Shown here: piece after piece, positions 1-12,429 of the stretch | Numbering within the stretch: the first letter of the stretch is position 1 | Layout of the letters: the number at the start of each line of letters is the position of its first letter | DNA from: Mobula birostris | Lineage: Eukaryota | Length of the DNA: 64,000 bases | NCBI RefSeq assembly: GCF_030028105.1 | Contig: NC_092373.1 | Coordinates: forward strand, 86,615,288-86,679,287 | Reading direction: 5' to 3' | The notes under the pieces: generated by a model | Database searches by the model: none | Seen by the model: only the letters and a program-made list of their open reading frames with translations | Told to the model about the DNA's origin: nothing | Translations under genes and position numbers: made by a program

Positions 1-1168
1 AAGGAATATAGCCAACATTAGTTCTGAGTGCATGTGAAAAGCTCAACCTGGTGAAAAAGGTTTTTGTTGTGGCTTCACAGACCAAAGATGACCACACTTC
101 ACACATGAACCAGTATGCAGATGTCTTTGAGGGGCTCAGAAGCTGACCTGATTCAACTTGCAAAACTTGTAACAGCATCCATGAGAGCTCCAGAGAGTTT
201 ATGCCAGAGAAACACAAGAAGTCCATCTTCCGTAGACATCGGTACCAGCTACACCGGCATGACAATCAGGATGCCAGTGCTAAACAGAGCGATCATGATG
301 AAGCTGTTGCCAGTCATGCACCTTTGGTTCAAAATCTGTCCCTCATCGACCTCCAGTTAAAGACTAGAAATCAAAAATGTCTCCGTGATCCTCTCTGAAG
401 TTGAAGAGGAAAATAAAAAGGAAGATGGGGAGACCACACAGACCCCAAGGTCAGAATAACAACAACAGTTCAACATAAACCAACAGGAGGAGTTGCTATC
501 TATGATATGCAGTCAAGAAAAGGAGCTTTGTTGATTGAGACAGGATCAAGTGGAACTTGTGCAAAGACTCACTGATCACATGGATGAGGTCCAGGGCTCG
601 ATTATGAGGCAAGTGGAGTGAATTATGGTTACCAAGCAAGAACAAGGACAGATATAAACAGACAGGATCTTGGCAGATGGATGTGAAAGAAGTGAACATG
701 TTGATCAGAGTTCTCAAAAAGACACTAATATTATGGCAGTACATCTGTGGACACAAATAGCAGACCAAAAAGGATCATCAAACCACCTTAGAGACTGATT
801 GAGATTTGTGAGTGAATAAAGAACTGTATTTGCTCATCACGGTTGAAGTTAATGTAAATATCTGCATTGCAAATCTCATTACAATTGAAGTTAATGTCAG
901 CAACGTTTGTTGGAAAGCATTATTGATTCTTGCAGGTTTATGAGGGCATAGTATTGTGTTTGCTTTCTTTAAGGAGGAAGATATGAACGCACATAATAAA
1001 GAATTTCTGTTCCCAGCATCCAATGTTTGCTCTTCACCCCGGAACCAGAAGTGACATTGGTGAAGTGATCTCACATGCTCGGGTTGGGCTGAAACCATGA
1101 GCTGTTCGCGTGAGATTGTGTTCAGCTACAGCCATTACCGTGAACAAATATATTAAGATAACATAACA
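1..1168 (+). mobile_element. Internally deleted Gypsy (K02A2.6-type) LTR retrotransposon carrying a host mRNA fragment; 3' LTR ~982-1168
   Basis: Frame 3 from base 3 reads PTLVLSACEKLNLVKKVFVV...YADVFEGL (end of protease and linker). After the host insert come pol C-terminal motifs EQGQI (~640) and RPKRIIKPP*RLIEICE (~763-815), a purine tract AAGGAGGAAGA (971-981) and an LTR-like block ending ATAACATAACA at 1168. Truncated by the window start. Confidence 0.75.
147..646 (+). pseudogene. EDC4: Processed fragment of enhancer of mRNA-decapping protein 4, disabled
   Basis: Translation across frameshifts: PDSTCKTCNSIHESSREFMPEKHKKSIFRRHRYQLHRHDNQDASAKQSDHDEAVASHA / HRPPVKD*KSKMSP*SSLKLKRK / QEKELC*LRQDQVELVQRLTDHMDEVQGSIMRQVE*IMVTKQEQ. 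This is colinear with remembered human EDC4 (PDITRETC...QEKHKSLAFHRPPYHLLQQRDSQDASAEQSDHDDEVAS...RLPAKDWKTKGSPRTSPKLKRK...QQRELAELRHSQEELLQRL...RHEQEQ). Several stops; no intron seen. Confidence 0.85.
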
Positions 1169-1270
1169 ATGCTGAATTTTAACATACTGCTGAGCAAGTA
1201 GAGGCTGTGTTTTCTTCATGAAGCACTCTGGGTCTGAGTCTCGGGAAGACAATCTCTGGCCCACTAAACA

Positions 1271-1790
1271 TGTAAGATTGAGGGGTGAGCTCACCCTGAA
1301 ATCATCTGTTTGTGTGGATGCTGTGAAATTCACTACCTTGTTATAAATAAGTACCATGAAATCACAGACAGTACACCACGTACAATTAAACGATTTGGCT
1401 TTGTGATTCTTAATTTGACTACAGGGTTAGTAAATAAAAAGCAAAAAAAAAAGAAGAGGACTCATTTTAAAGAAACAATCTAATGTGCACAAGTTGGAGC
1501 TCACGGTTTCCCTTTCGCCGATCCTCCTTCGATCTCCCAGGGCTTTGTCGAATCATGGCTCCGCTCCAGGTCTAGTCCTACGATCTCTTCTCTCTGCCAT
1601 CTTCCCCCTTTATCTCCTGCCAAATAAAAGGACTCAGCTCACCCTGTTGTCAGGCACACAACACGAAAACACGCTCCCGTCATTGGATGGTTCACATTCC
1701 AAAGCACCCGTTATCTCTAACCATAACCCAAACACTACTTCTACAGAAAGACCATTACATTAGCCGTGAAACCTTTCCCAGGGTGTGACA
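1271..1790 (-). mobile_element. Solo LTR related to the PNMA-type Gypsy LTRs
   Basis: TGTAAG...GTGACA ends. Shares TTTGTGTGGATGCTGTG, ACAGACAGTACACCA and TGTGCAC...GAGCTC blocks with the LTR at 14435-15000; the TGTGCACAAGT block also recurs at ~60510. No clean TSD seen. Confidence 0.6.
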
Positions 1791-1839
1791 TTTATAATTA
1801 CACTTACGTGCTGGGCCCAGGAGAGCCACACTGAATTGA

Positions 1840-2200
1840 TAATACTGAGGAATTTAATGTTGCTGATCCTCTCCACATCTGATCCCCCAATGAGGACTAG
1901 CTCAGGAATGTACAGTTCCCCCTCCTGAGGTCAACAATCAGCTGCCACGGTAGGCCTTGCTGACATTGAGTGAGAAGTTGTTGCTGTATCACCACTCAGC
2001 CAGATTTTCAATTTCCCTCATTTATGCTGATTCATTGCCACTTTAGATTTGACCAACAACAGTGGTGTCATCAGTGAACTTAAATATGGCATTTGTGCTA
2101 TGCTTAGCCACACAGTCATAATCTTAAGGCATGTAGAACAGAGGACTAAGCACGCAGCCTTGAGGTGCACCTGTGCTGATGGAGATTGTGGAGGATATGT
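1840..2200 (-). mobile_element. Rex1/Babar-type LINE RT fragment
   Basis: Minus strand carries NNFSLNVSK and LIVDLRR motifs, homologous to the Rex1-type RT at 56990-57060. Confidence 0.65.
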
Positions 2201-2693
2201 TGTACAGCTCTCAGAGTCAGTTTAAAATACAAATTAAAGAAACTAGCTTATAATATTAATTAAAAAAAATTAAAATAAATAGATTAAACAATCTGGGCAT
2301 TTAAGTAATCCAAATATGGTTGCCAAATCTCAATGAACATAGTGTATCCATTCCTAAGGGTATAAGTAATCTTCTCAAGGGGTATACAACTTTGCATTTC
2401 TTTATTCCAACGATCAATATGTACAAGGGAAACGGATTTCCATGTTACCGCTATGTATTTCCTGGCTACTGACAATGCAATTTTAATAAATTTGGATTTA
2501 TTTGTCAGGAGGTTAACTTTCAAAACAGCTAAGTTCCCCAGAAGAAACAATTCTGGGTCTAGAGGGAAATCCATCCACAGAATCTTTCCCAGTACCTCCC
2601 CCAGATCTATCCAAAAAGATCTCAGTTTCATACATCACACATCAAAGTTGCTGGTGAACGCAGCAGGCCAAGCAGCATCTGTAGGAAGAGGTG

Positions 2694-2731
2694 CAGTCGA
2701 CGTTTCAGGCCGAGACCCTTCGTCAGGACTA
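2694..2731 (-). ncRNA. Minimal type I hammerhead ribozyme in PLE tail
   Basis: Minus strand reads TAGTC CTGACGA A GGGT CTCG GCCT GAAA C GTC GACTG: intact core, stem I, stem II and palindromic ACGT stem III. Confidence 0.8.
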
Positions 2732-4003
2732 ACTGAAGGAAGAGTGAGTAAGGGATTTGAAAGTTGGAGGAGGAGGGGGAAATCCAAAATGATAGGAGAA
2801 GACAGGAGGGGGAGGGATAGAGCCAAGAGCTGGACAGGTGATAGGTAAAAGGGGATACGAGAGGATCATGGGACAGGAGGTCCGGGAAGAAAGACAAAGG
2901 GGGGGGGACCCAAAGGATGGGCAAGAGGTATATTCAGAGGGACAGAGGGAGAAAAAGGAGAGTGAGAGAAAGAATGTGTGCATAAAAATAAGTAACAGAT
3001 GGGGCACGAGGGGGAGGTGGGGCCTAGCGGAAGTTAGAGAAGTCAATGTTCATGCTATCAGGTTGGAGGCTACCCAGATGGAATATAAGGTGTTGCTCCT
3101 CCAACCTGAGTGTGGCTTCATCTTTACAGTAGAGGAGGCCGTGTATAGACATGTCAGAATGGGAATGGGATGTGGAATTAAAATGTGTGGCCACTGGGAG
3201 ATCCTGCTTTCTCTGGCGGACAGAGCGTAGGTGTTCAGCAAAGCGGTCTCCCAGTCTGCGTCGTTAGAGTAGAGGAGGCCGTGGATAGATTAGAGTAGAG
3301 GAGGCCGTGTAAGCGGAACAAGTGCTACACATGCCCTTACACTTCTTCCCTTACCACCATTCAGGGCCCCAAACAGTCCTTCCAGGTGAGGCGACACTTC
3401 ACCTGTGAGTCGGTTGAGGTGATATACTGCGTCCGGTGCTCCCGATGTGGCCTTTTATATATTGGCGAGACCCAACGCAGACTGGGAGACCGCTTTGCTG
3501 AACACCTATGCTCTGTCTGCCAGAGAAAGCAGGATCTCCCAGTGGCCACACATTTTAATTCCACATCCCATTCCCATTCTGACATGTCTATCCACGGCCT
3601 CCTTTACTGTAAAGATGAAGCCACACTCGGGTTGGAGGAACAACACCTTATATTCCGTCTGGGTAGCCTCCAACCTGATGGCATGAACATCGACCTCTCT
3701 AACTTCCGCTAGGCCCCACCTCCACCTCATACCCCATCTGTTACTTATTTTTATGCACACATTCTTTCTCTCACTCTCCTTTTTCTCCCTCTGTCCCTCT
3801 GAATATACCTCTTGCCCATCCTCTGGGTCCCCCCTCCTTGTCTTTCTTCCCGGACCTCCTGTCCCATGATCCTCTCGTATCCCCTTTTGCCTATCACCTG
3901 TCCAGCTCTTGGCTCTATCTCTCCCCCTCCTGTCTTCTCCTATCATTTTGGATCTCCCCCTCCCCGTCCAACTTTCAAATCCCTTACTCACTCTTCCTTC
4001 AGT

Positions 4004-4041
4004 TAGTCCTGACGAAGAGTCTCGGCCTGAAACGTCGACTG
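4004..4041 (+). ncRNA. Minimal type I hammerhead ribozyme in PLE tail
   Basis: TAGTC CTGACGA A GAGT CTCG GCCT GAAA C GTC GACTG; predicted cleavage after C4036; one stem II mismatch. Confidence 0.75.
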
Positions 4042-4137
4042 CACCTCTTCCTACAGATGCTGCTTGGCCTGCTGCGTTCACCAGCAACTTTGATGTGTGT
4101 TGCTTGAATTTCCAGCATCTGCAGAATTCCTGTTGTT

Positions 4138-6810
4138 TCAGTTTCATACATAGCCAGGTGGAATGCAAAAAGGTACCAGCATCTATGCCACACCTGAAAC
4201 ACTGGTCAGAAATTTCTGGTTTATTTTTATGTATTTCTTCAGGTGTGAGATACAACTGATGTAAAAATTGAAATGTATCATTCTGTATCTAGAGTTGATA
4301 AGAGTGATAACACTATCCAAACATAGATGTGACCAACATTGATGATCAATTACAATGCCCAAATCCGACTCCCATCTCTCCCTCGATCTGTATCCACCAA
4401 GCTTTGGGTATTGGTCTTGGAATAAAGAATACATATTAGAAATAAACTTAGTTGTATTCCCCTTTCGAATTAGAATCTCCATGTCTGAGCACCTTGGTAG
4501 GGCCAGTGATGGACCCAAACAGTCCCTCAAAAAAGATCGTAATTGGAGATAGCAGAAGAATGTGTTATTAGATAAATTATATTTATTTTTAAGTCCCTGA
4601 AAAGACATAAATTGCTTCTACTGATTATAACAGTCTTCAATGCACCTGATACCGTGTTGATACCAGGTGACTAGAAATTTATTACCCAGAGTCATAGGTA
4701 TTAATCTGTTCTGAGTTAGAGGTGTCTTTGAGGATATTCCTTTATTTAGACCCATAAATTGATTAATTTTTCCCAGATATAAATTACATGTCTCAGTAGA
4801 GGATGGTTTGTTTTCTTTTTAATTAATTTGGAGTCCCATTTATATATAAATTCTTCTGCCACCTCTTCTCTTACCATATGTAAGCCAATTGTAACCCAAG
4901 AAGGAATAGTTGTCTCATCAAAAAAAGAAGCAATAAATCGTGCTTGTGCAGCTAAATAATATTTTTAAAAATATGGGAATTTTAACCCTCCTAATTTATA
5001 GTCCCAGGTCAATTTTTCCATGGAGATTCTAGATATTTTACCCAACCATAAAAATAGACGAATACGTCCATTGAGAATCTTAAAAAATTATTGGATAATG
5101 GGATAGGTAAAGACTGAAAAAAATACTGAAGTCTGGGCACTATCTTCATTTTTATACAGCTTACCGTGCCCATCAGTGTGATGGGAAGATTTATCCACCT
5201 ATGTAGGCCCTCCTTGACATTCCGCAGCAAGGGGAGATAATTAAGTTTTTAAAGGTCATCCAAATTACAATTAAACTTAATCCCCAGATATTTCATGTCA
5301 AATTTAACCCATCTAAACTGAGTGCCAAATTGATATTGGGCATAGTCTCCTCTACTTAAAGGTAAAATTTCACTTTTATTCCAATTTATTTTATATCCTG
5401 AGACTATACCATAATTATCCAGCAAGGCCCTAAGTCTTACCAAAGAGCCGGCCGGGTCAGCAAAATATACTAAAATGTCATCAGCAAATAAATTAATTTT
5501 ATATTCTTCCTGGGCCACTTTAAACCCCTTTATGTCTGGATCCCGTCCAACAGCCTCAGCCAATGGCTTTATTGCCAGAACAAATAGAGCTGGAGATAGT
5601 GGGCAACCTTGTCTACTAGATCTATGTAGATGGGAAATTGGTGAAATCTGCCTGTTGATAATTATTTTGGCCTTAGACTGATGGTAAAGTGCTCTTGTCC
5701 AATTTATGAATATTTGGCAGAGACCAAATTTTTCCATTGTTTTAAATAAAAAAATCCCATTCAAGTCTATCAAAGGCCTTTTCAGCATCTAAAGCCACTG
5801 CTACAGTCGGGTCCACCTTCGTCCTAGCTAAATGTAACATAGTCAATAGCCTGCCAATATTATCAGATAATTGTCTATTTTTAATAAATCCTGTTAGATC
5901 GGATTTAATCAATTTTGGCGGATATCAAGCTAATCTATTAGCCAATGCATTTGCTATAATTTTATAGTCTGTATTTAAAAGTGAGATAGGTCTATAAGAT
6001 GTGGGTTTTAGCAGATCCTTATCCTTCTTAAGAATTAATGTAATAATTGCTGTTGAAAAGGATTCTGGTAGAGTATGGGTCTCCTCAGCCTGAGTCACAA
6101 CCCTCATATGATCCTTAAATTCTCCATAAAATTCAGGGAGGTAAACCATCATCTCCTGGTGATTTATTAGCCTGTAATAAGCCTTGGGCTCTTTCAATTT
6201 TATCCCTAGAAAAAGGGGCATTCAATTCTTCCTGATTTTGTTGACTCGATTTGGGAAGTTGTAAATTAGACAAGAAATCATCAATTTTCAGTGAGTCACC
6301 CACTGATTCTGATTCATATAGTTCCGAATAGAACTGCTTAAAAGTATCATTTCTTTCTTTTGGCTTATATAAAATCTTACTTTCCCCTGTTTGAATTGCA
6401 TTTATTGTTCTGGAGGTTTCTTCCACCCTCAATTGCCAAGATAGTACTTTATGGGTTCTCTCTCTTAATTCATAATATTGTTGTTTTGATTTTAGTATCA
6501 TTTTTTCTATTCTATAGGTTTGTTTTGTGTTATACTCTAATTTTTTATTTAATATTTTTTTATAATTTTCCACTTGTTAAATTCTGGCAGTCTTTTTCTA
6601 ATTGTGTTATTTCTTTCTCCAATTCATTTAATTCTGTTGCATATTTATTATTTATACCCTTAATATATCCAATTATCTGTCCTCTTAAGCATGCTTTTAA
6701 TGTGTCCTATAATAAGAAATTATTGTCAGTAGAGGGTGAGTTCTTCTCACAGAACAATTCTATTTGAGCTCTCATAAAACTGCAAAACTCTGGTCTTTTC
6801 AACAGCAAAG
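4138..6810 (-). pseudogene. L1 ORF2 reverse transcriptase segment
   Basis: KSPGDDG, YRPISLLNTDYKI, RQGCPLSP, LFADD and KYLGI motifs across several frameshifted ORFs; continues at 2284-2635. Confidence 0.88.
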
Positions 6811-9630
6811 TGAGAGGTACAGAAAGGGGTTTCTGTGGCAACAGGTGAGATTTAAGGATGGTGTGTTGCCTCCCTGGTGCCGGTATCCAGGATGTCACGG
6901 ACCGATTGCAGGGAATCCTCAAGAGTGAAGGTGAACATCCGGAAGTGGTGGTACATGTCGGCACAAATGACGTGGGGAAGAAGAGGAAAGACATTCTACA
7001 GCGTGACTTCAGAGAACTCGGAAGGCTGAAAAGCAGGATTCCAGGGTGGTTATCTCCGGTTTGCTTCCAGTTCCCCGTGCTGGAGTGGGCAAGAACAGGG
7101 AGATAATGGATCTGAATGTGTGGCTGAGGAACTGGTGCAGGAAGCAAGAATTTACATTCTTGGACCACTGGGGTATGTTTCGGGGTAAGGATGAATTGTA
7201 CAAACGGGACGGGTTGCACCTTAATAAGCGGGGCATCAGCATTCTGGCAGGCAGGTTTGCCTCTGCAACACGGGTATGTTTAAACTAAGTAGTGGGGGGG
7301 AGGGGATGAACTGGAAACATAAGGATGGAGATAAAGGGAAAGTGAGAATAAGAAAAGTTAAGAAAGACAGCAGAATCAACAGAGCAGAAAGCTCAAGAAG
7401 GGATCATGCAGTATGGCCAAGTGAAATAGGAATTGATATGGGAGGTGAGGGGAGTAATGAATTAAAAGTATAATATATGAATGCACGGAGTATAAGACAT
7501 GAAGTAGATGAGCTTGAGGCTCAGCTGGAAATTGGTAAGTATGATGTTGTGGGAATAACAGAGACATGGCTTCAAGCGGACAGGGCCTGGGAAATGAATA
7601 TTCAAGGATATACGTCCTATTGAAAGGACAGACTGATGGGCAGAGGGGGTGGGGTGGCTCTGTTGGTGAGGAATGATATTCAGTCCCTTGTGAGGAGGGA
7701 CATAGAATCAGGAGACGTAGAGTCAGTATGGATAGAACTGATAAATTCTAAGGGTAGAAAGACCCTAATGGGAGTTATCCACAGGCCCCCAAACAGTAGT
7801 CTGGATGTAGGGTGTAAGTTGAATCAAGAGTTAAAATTGACATGTTGCAAAGGTAATGCTACAGTTGTTATGGGGGATTTCAACATGCAGGTAGACTGGA
7901 GGAATCAGGTTCGTACTGGACCCCAAGAAAGGGAGTTTGTGGATTTCCTCCAAGATGGATTCTTAGAACAATGTACTGGAGCCTACCAGAGAGAACGCAA
8001 TTCTAGATTTAGTGTTGTGCAATGAACCGGATTTGATCAGGGGCCTTGAGGTAAAGGAGCCATTAGGAGGTAGTGACCATAATATGATAAGTTTTAATCT
8101 ACAATTTGAGAGGGCGAAGGGAAACTCAGAAGTGTCAGTATTACAGTTGAAAAAAGGGAACTATGGTGCTATGAGGGAGGAGCTGGCCAAAATTCAAAGA
8201 AACAATACCCTAGCAGGGATGACAGTGGAACACCAATGGCAAGTGTTTCTGGGAATAATGCAGAAGGTGCAGGATCAGTTCATTCCAAAAAGGAAGAAAG
8301 ATCCTAAGGGGAGTAAGGGGAGGCAATTGCTGACAAGGGAAGTAATGGACAGCATAAAAATAAAAGAGAAGAAGTATAACATAGCAAAGACGAGTGGGAA
8401 GCCAGAGGATTGGGAAACTTTTAAAGAGCAACAGAAGGTTACTAAAAAGGTAATACGCAGACTTTCAGAAAGCCTTTGATAAAGTCCCACATAGGAGATT
8501 AGTGGGCAAAATTAGGGCACATGGTATTGGGGCCAGAGTACTGACATGGATTGAAAATTGGCTGGCTGACAGAAAACAAAGAGTAGCGATTAACGGGTCC
8601 CTTTCGGAATGGCAAGTGGTGACCAGTGGGGTAACGCAGGGTTCAGTGCTGGGACCGCAGCTGTTTACAATATATATTAGTGATTTAGATGAGGGAATTA
8701 AAAGTAGCATTAGCAAATTTGCCCATGACAAAAAGCTGGGTGATAGTGTGAAATGTGAGGAGGATGTTATGAGAATGCAGGGGGACTTGGACAGGGGCTG
8801 GGTGAGTGGGCAGATGCATGGCAGATGCAGTTTAATGTGGATAAATGTGAAGTTATCCACTTTGGTGGTAAGAACAGGAAGGCAGATTATTATCTAAATG
8901 GAGTCAAGTTAGGAAAAGGGGAAGCACAATGAGATCTAACTGTTCTTGTACATCAGTCACTGAAAGCAAGCATGCAAGTACAGCAGGCAGTGAAGAAAGC
9001 TAATGGCATGCTGGCCTTCATAACAAGGGGAATTGAGTATAAGAGCAAAGAGGTCCTTCTGCAGCTGTACAGGGCCCTGGTGAGACCATACCTGGAGTAC
9101 TGTGTGCAGTTTTGGTCTCAAATTTGAGGAAGGACATCCTTGCTATTGAGGGAGTGCAGCGTAGGTTCACAAGGTTAATTCCCTGGATGGCGGGACTGTC
9201 ATATGTCGAAAGATTGGAACGACTGGGCTTGTATACTCTGGAACTTAGAAGGCTTAGAGGGGATCTTATTGAAAAATATAAGATTATTAAGGGATTGGAC
9301 ACGCTGGAGGCAGGAAGCATGTTCCCGCTGATGGGTGAGTCCAGAACCAGAGGCCACAGTTTAAGAATAAAGGGTAGGCCATTTAGAATGGAGTTGAGGA
9401 AAAACTTTTTCACCCAGAGAGTGGTGGATATATGGAATGCTCTGCCCCAGAAGGCTGTGGAGGCCAAGTCTCTGGATGCTTTCAAGAAAGACAGTAGAAT
9501 CAAAGGTTATGGGGATAAGGCAGGAACTGGATACTGATTGTGGATGATCAGCCATGATCACAGTGAATGGCAGTGCTGGCTTGAAGGGCTGAATGGCCTA
9601 CTCCTGCACCTATTGTCTATTGTCTATTGT
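6811..9630 (+). mobile_element. CR1 LINE, 5'-truncated, with an internal deletion near 8460
   Basis: ORF1 SGNH esterase motifs (CLPGA, HVGTND, DGLHL); ORF2 endonuclease (ITETW, MGDFN, SDHN) and RT (DFQKAFDKV, QGSVLGP); 3' tail (TATTGTC)n at ~9610-9630. Confidence 0.92.
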
Positions 9631-10379
9631 AAAAGGATTAAAATGCCATCTATATAATATTTTTTGTTTATCAGGCATTTCAATTGATAAAATGAAAGGT
9701 CAGATAGTAGTCTAGCGGCATATTCTGTTTGAATGATCCTACTTCCTAATTTAGCTGATATTGGAACTCAGTCAATTCCAGAGTAGGAATCATATTGTTT
9801 TGAATAGAAAGAGTGGTCTCTTTCCCTTGGATGCTGCCATCTCCAAGCATCTATTATATTCAAGTCCTTCATGAAGGCCAGGGTGGTTTTTGCTGCCCTG
9901 ACCTTCTCGACTTTTTTAACTGATCTATCTGAAGTTGGATCCAGACAAAAAGTGAAATCTCCTACAATTAAGATATTTTCATGTCCTTGAACAACTTCCA
10001 AAAAAATATTTTGGATAAATTTCTCATTGTCATAATTGGGGGCATAGAAATTCAGAAGTGTCCAGGATTCTAAATATATTTGACAATTGACCATAACAAA
10101 TCTCCCGGCCGGATCTATGATAGTATCCTCCCACTTCACTGGCAAATTCTTCCCTATCATTACTGCCACTCCTCTGGCTTTAGAATTAAAGCAGGACGCT
10201 ATTACTTGACCAACCCATCCTCTCTTTAATTTGTTATGTTCTGTCACTGTAAGATGAGTTTCTTGAAGAAAGGTAATATCAATATGATTTTTTTAAAGAT
10301 ATGCCAGGACCTTTTTCCTTTTTATCAGTCCATTTATCCCATTAACATTAAGACTTAAAAATGTAATTGCTCTATTCAT
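9631..10379 (-). pseudogene. L1 ORF2 APE endonuclease segment
   Basis: ATG at 10379 gives MNRAITFLSLNVNGING, followed by FLQETHL, NFYAPN, VGDF and YSGID motifs; disrupted. Confidence 0.85.
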
Positions 10380-11092
10380 AGTTATCAGATTTTATTGGTT
10401 GATAAATCCTTCCCACAAAAAACGTATAAATTAATCCCACTTCTTTGAGTGACTCTGAGATATTTGGTGCCATTCTCAATAGAGTATGGAAATAGAAAGG
10501 AAACCAAAGAGGAAAGAAAATAAAAGAGAAAAAAGAAAAAGAAAGGGAGAAAAACCCTCCCAACTGGCGCTCCAAGTCCACGGCGTCTTAACCCCTCTTA
10601 CTGTGGGGTCTGATAAACATCGCACCAAAGATGGACATTCTTTAACATATAACATAATTAATCATTTTTTTTAAAAAAAGAGACAAAAAAGTTATCCACT
10701 GCCCCAATAAATCCTTAATTAAACATCTGTAAAAATAAATTATATTCAACACCCGTAATTACTAAATATCTAACAAAATCTATAATGTTGAAAGTAAATA
10801 TCTCTAATATAGCAATATATCCCAATAAAGAAGAGAATTTAAAGAAACTTACTAAATATAACCCTAAATATTGTAACTCAACGCATATCCAGCATACCAA
10901 AAATTAAACATATCAGAAGATAACATCTATATAATCAAAGCTATTCATACTAGTTATAACAAAATTAGATGAACTATATAGTTCTTAAGTAGTATAATTC
11001 AAAAAGACCATCCATAATCAATATTTTAAATCATAATAGTCTTCATCCACAATCATATAGATTCAAAGTTCAAGATTATAATGTTGTTAAAA

Positions 11093-12141
11093 TTAATGTA
11101 TATTAATAAAGAAAACCAAATAATTTTCTTCATATATTTTGTCCAAAATACATCTTTCTAGGCCTCTTATTCCAGAAGAATATTCTGAATCATGATGTCT
11201 CAGATATTTTTTAATAAAATTTATCGCCTCCTGGGGGTAAGTAAAAAATTTCCTCCCTCCATCCGACAGAGTAATTCTCAGCTTTGCTGGATATAATAAA
11301 GAATATTGAAGACCTTCACTCTTTAATAACCTCCTTGTTATGTCAAAGTCTTTCCTTTTTCTTAACAAGGCCACACTAATATCTGGAAAGAAGAATATCT
11401 TTCTCCCTTCAAATTCTAGTAGGCCATTTCTCTCTCTGGCCTCTATTGCTGCAGCTCGTAATACTTTTTGTTCATCTTGATACTTCAAAGAGCGTATAAG
11501 TATAGAGCGCAGCCTTTGCTCTGGAGGTGGTCGGGGGATTAAAGTCCTGTAGGCTGTTTCAATAATTAATTCTTTGTTAAAATGCTTTTTCCCCATAACT
11601 TTGGGGATCCATTCTTGAAAGAAAGTTACTGCGTATCTTCCTTCCAATCCCTCTTTTAAACCCACTATTCTGATATTATTTCTTCTGCTATCGTTTTCAA
11701 GGGAGTCCAGTTTATACATTATTTTTACTTTCTCAGTTCTCCAGGGATCTTTTTCTTTTTCCAGGCTTTGTAATCTATTCACAATTTCCTTCACTTATTT
11801 TCTAAATCCTGGGTTCGCAAATTTAAAGATTCCAAAATCTGCTTCATTTCCTTAGATTCTTGCATGATAAGGTCTAAGTGACTCTCGAATTTGTCCACCC
11901 TACCAGTTAATGTCAGGACTGGATCGGCCAACTCATGAATCACGGCCGCGAGGTCACTACCCGAGCCGTCACCACGTCGCGCTGCCGACATCCTCAGACT
12001 TTCCACAGGCTCAGAAGAACTATCCGACGAGCAGGCCTCATCACCATTGCTCCTGTGTCCCTCAACTCCAGACGCTCCCAGAAATGCAAGGCCGGCAGCG
12101 ATAACGCCAGTAGGATTTCCACGATTTCTCCTTTTAACCAT
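11093..12141 (-). pseudogene. L1 ORF1p (coiled coil, RRM, CTD), frameshifted near 11792
   Basis: LENDSRRNNIRIVGLKEG, IFFFPDIS and LLYPAKLRI motifs in ORFs 11791..12141 and 11093..11794. Confidence 0.9.
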
Positions 12142-12429
12142 TGCTTTTATTAAAGTTATATGAGAGCCTTATAAACAGGTTGTAAAGAAGTTTTTGTCGG
12201 AGTTATTCAGGGAAGCTCCCGATCAATGGCACGACATCACGTGACCTCACACCACCAGCTTCTTCCAATTTATTCTGGATCGATTTCTTGCGTTCTGCTC
12301 AACCTTTTGAAGGTCGGTCATTGTTTCGTCTCTCTGGATTAATTCATCTGTACATGACCGTAGTCGTGGCTCGGAACGTGTTTGTAGACTGGATATTGAA
12401 CTTTTTACTGTTGGACTTCGGCCGCATTC

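Larger units (their letters stand above)
2636..4137. mobile_element. Penelope-like element inserted as an inverted (tail-out) pair of 3' ends, with a GIY-YIG fragment
   Basis: Left arm 2636-~3263 is the reverse complement of ~3474-4098. ORF 3386..3712 has VIYCVRC..CGLLYIGET.R.LGDRFAEH (GIY-YIG). 14-bp TSD TCAGTTTCATACAT at 2622-2635 and 4138-4151. Confidence 0.92.
2200..12248 (-). mobile_element. Near full-length, decayed L1 LINE interrupted by a PLE (2636-4137) and a CR1 (6811-9630)
   Basis: ORF1, endonuclease, RT (RQGCPLSP, LFADD) and C-terminal CCHC/WQPYLDYL segments lie in the correct order on the minus strand. The reading frame rejoins across both insertions. Confidence 0.9.

Noticed and set aside
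3506-4255. 249-aa minus-strand ORF
   Set aside because: Chance read-through from L1 ORF2 into the antisense PLE arm.
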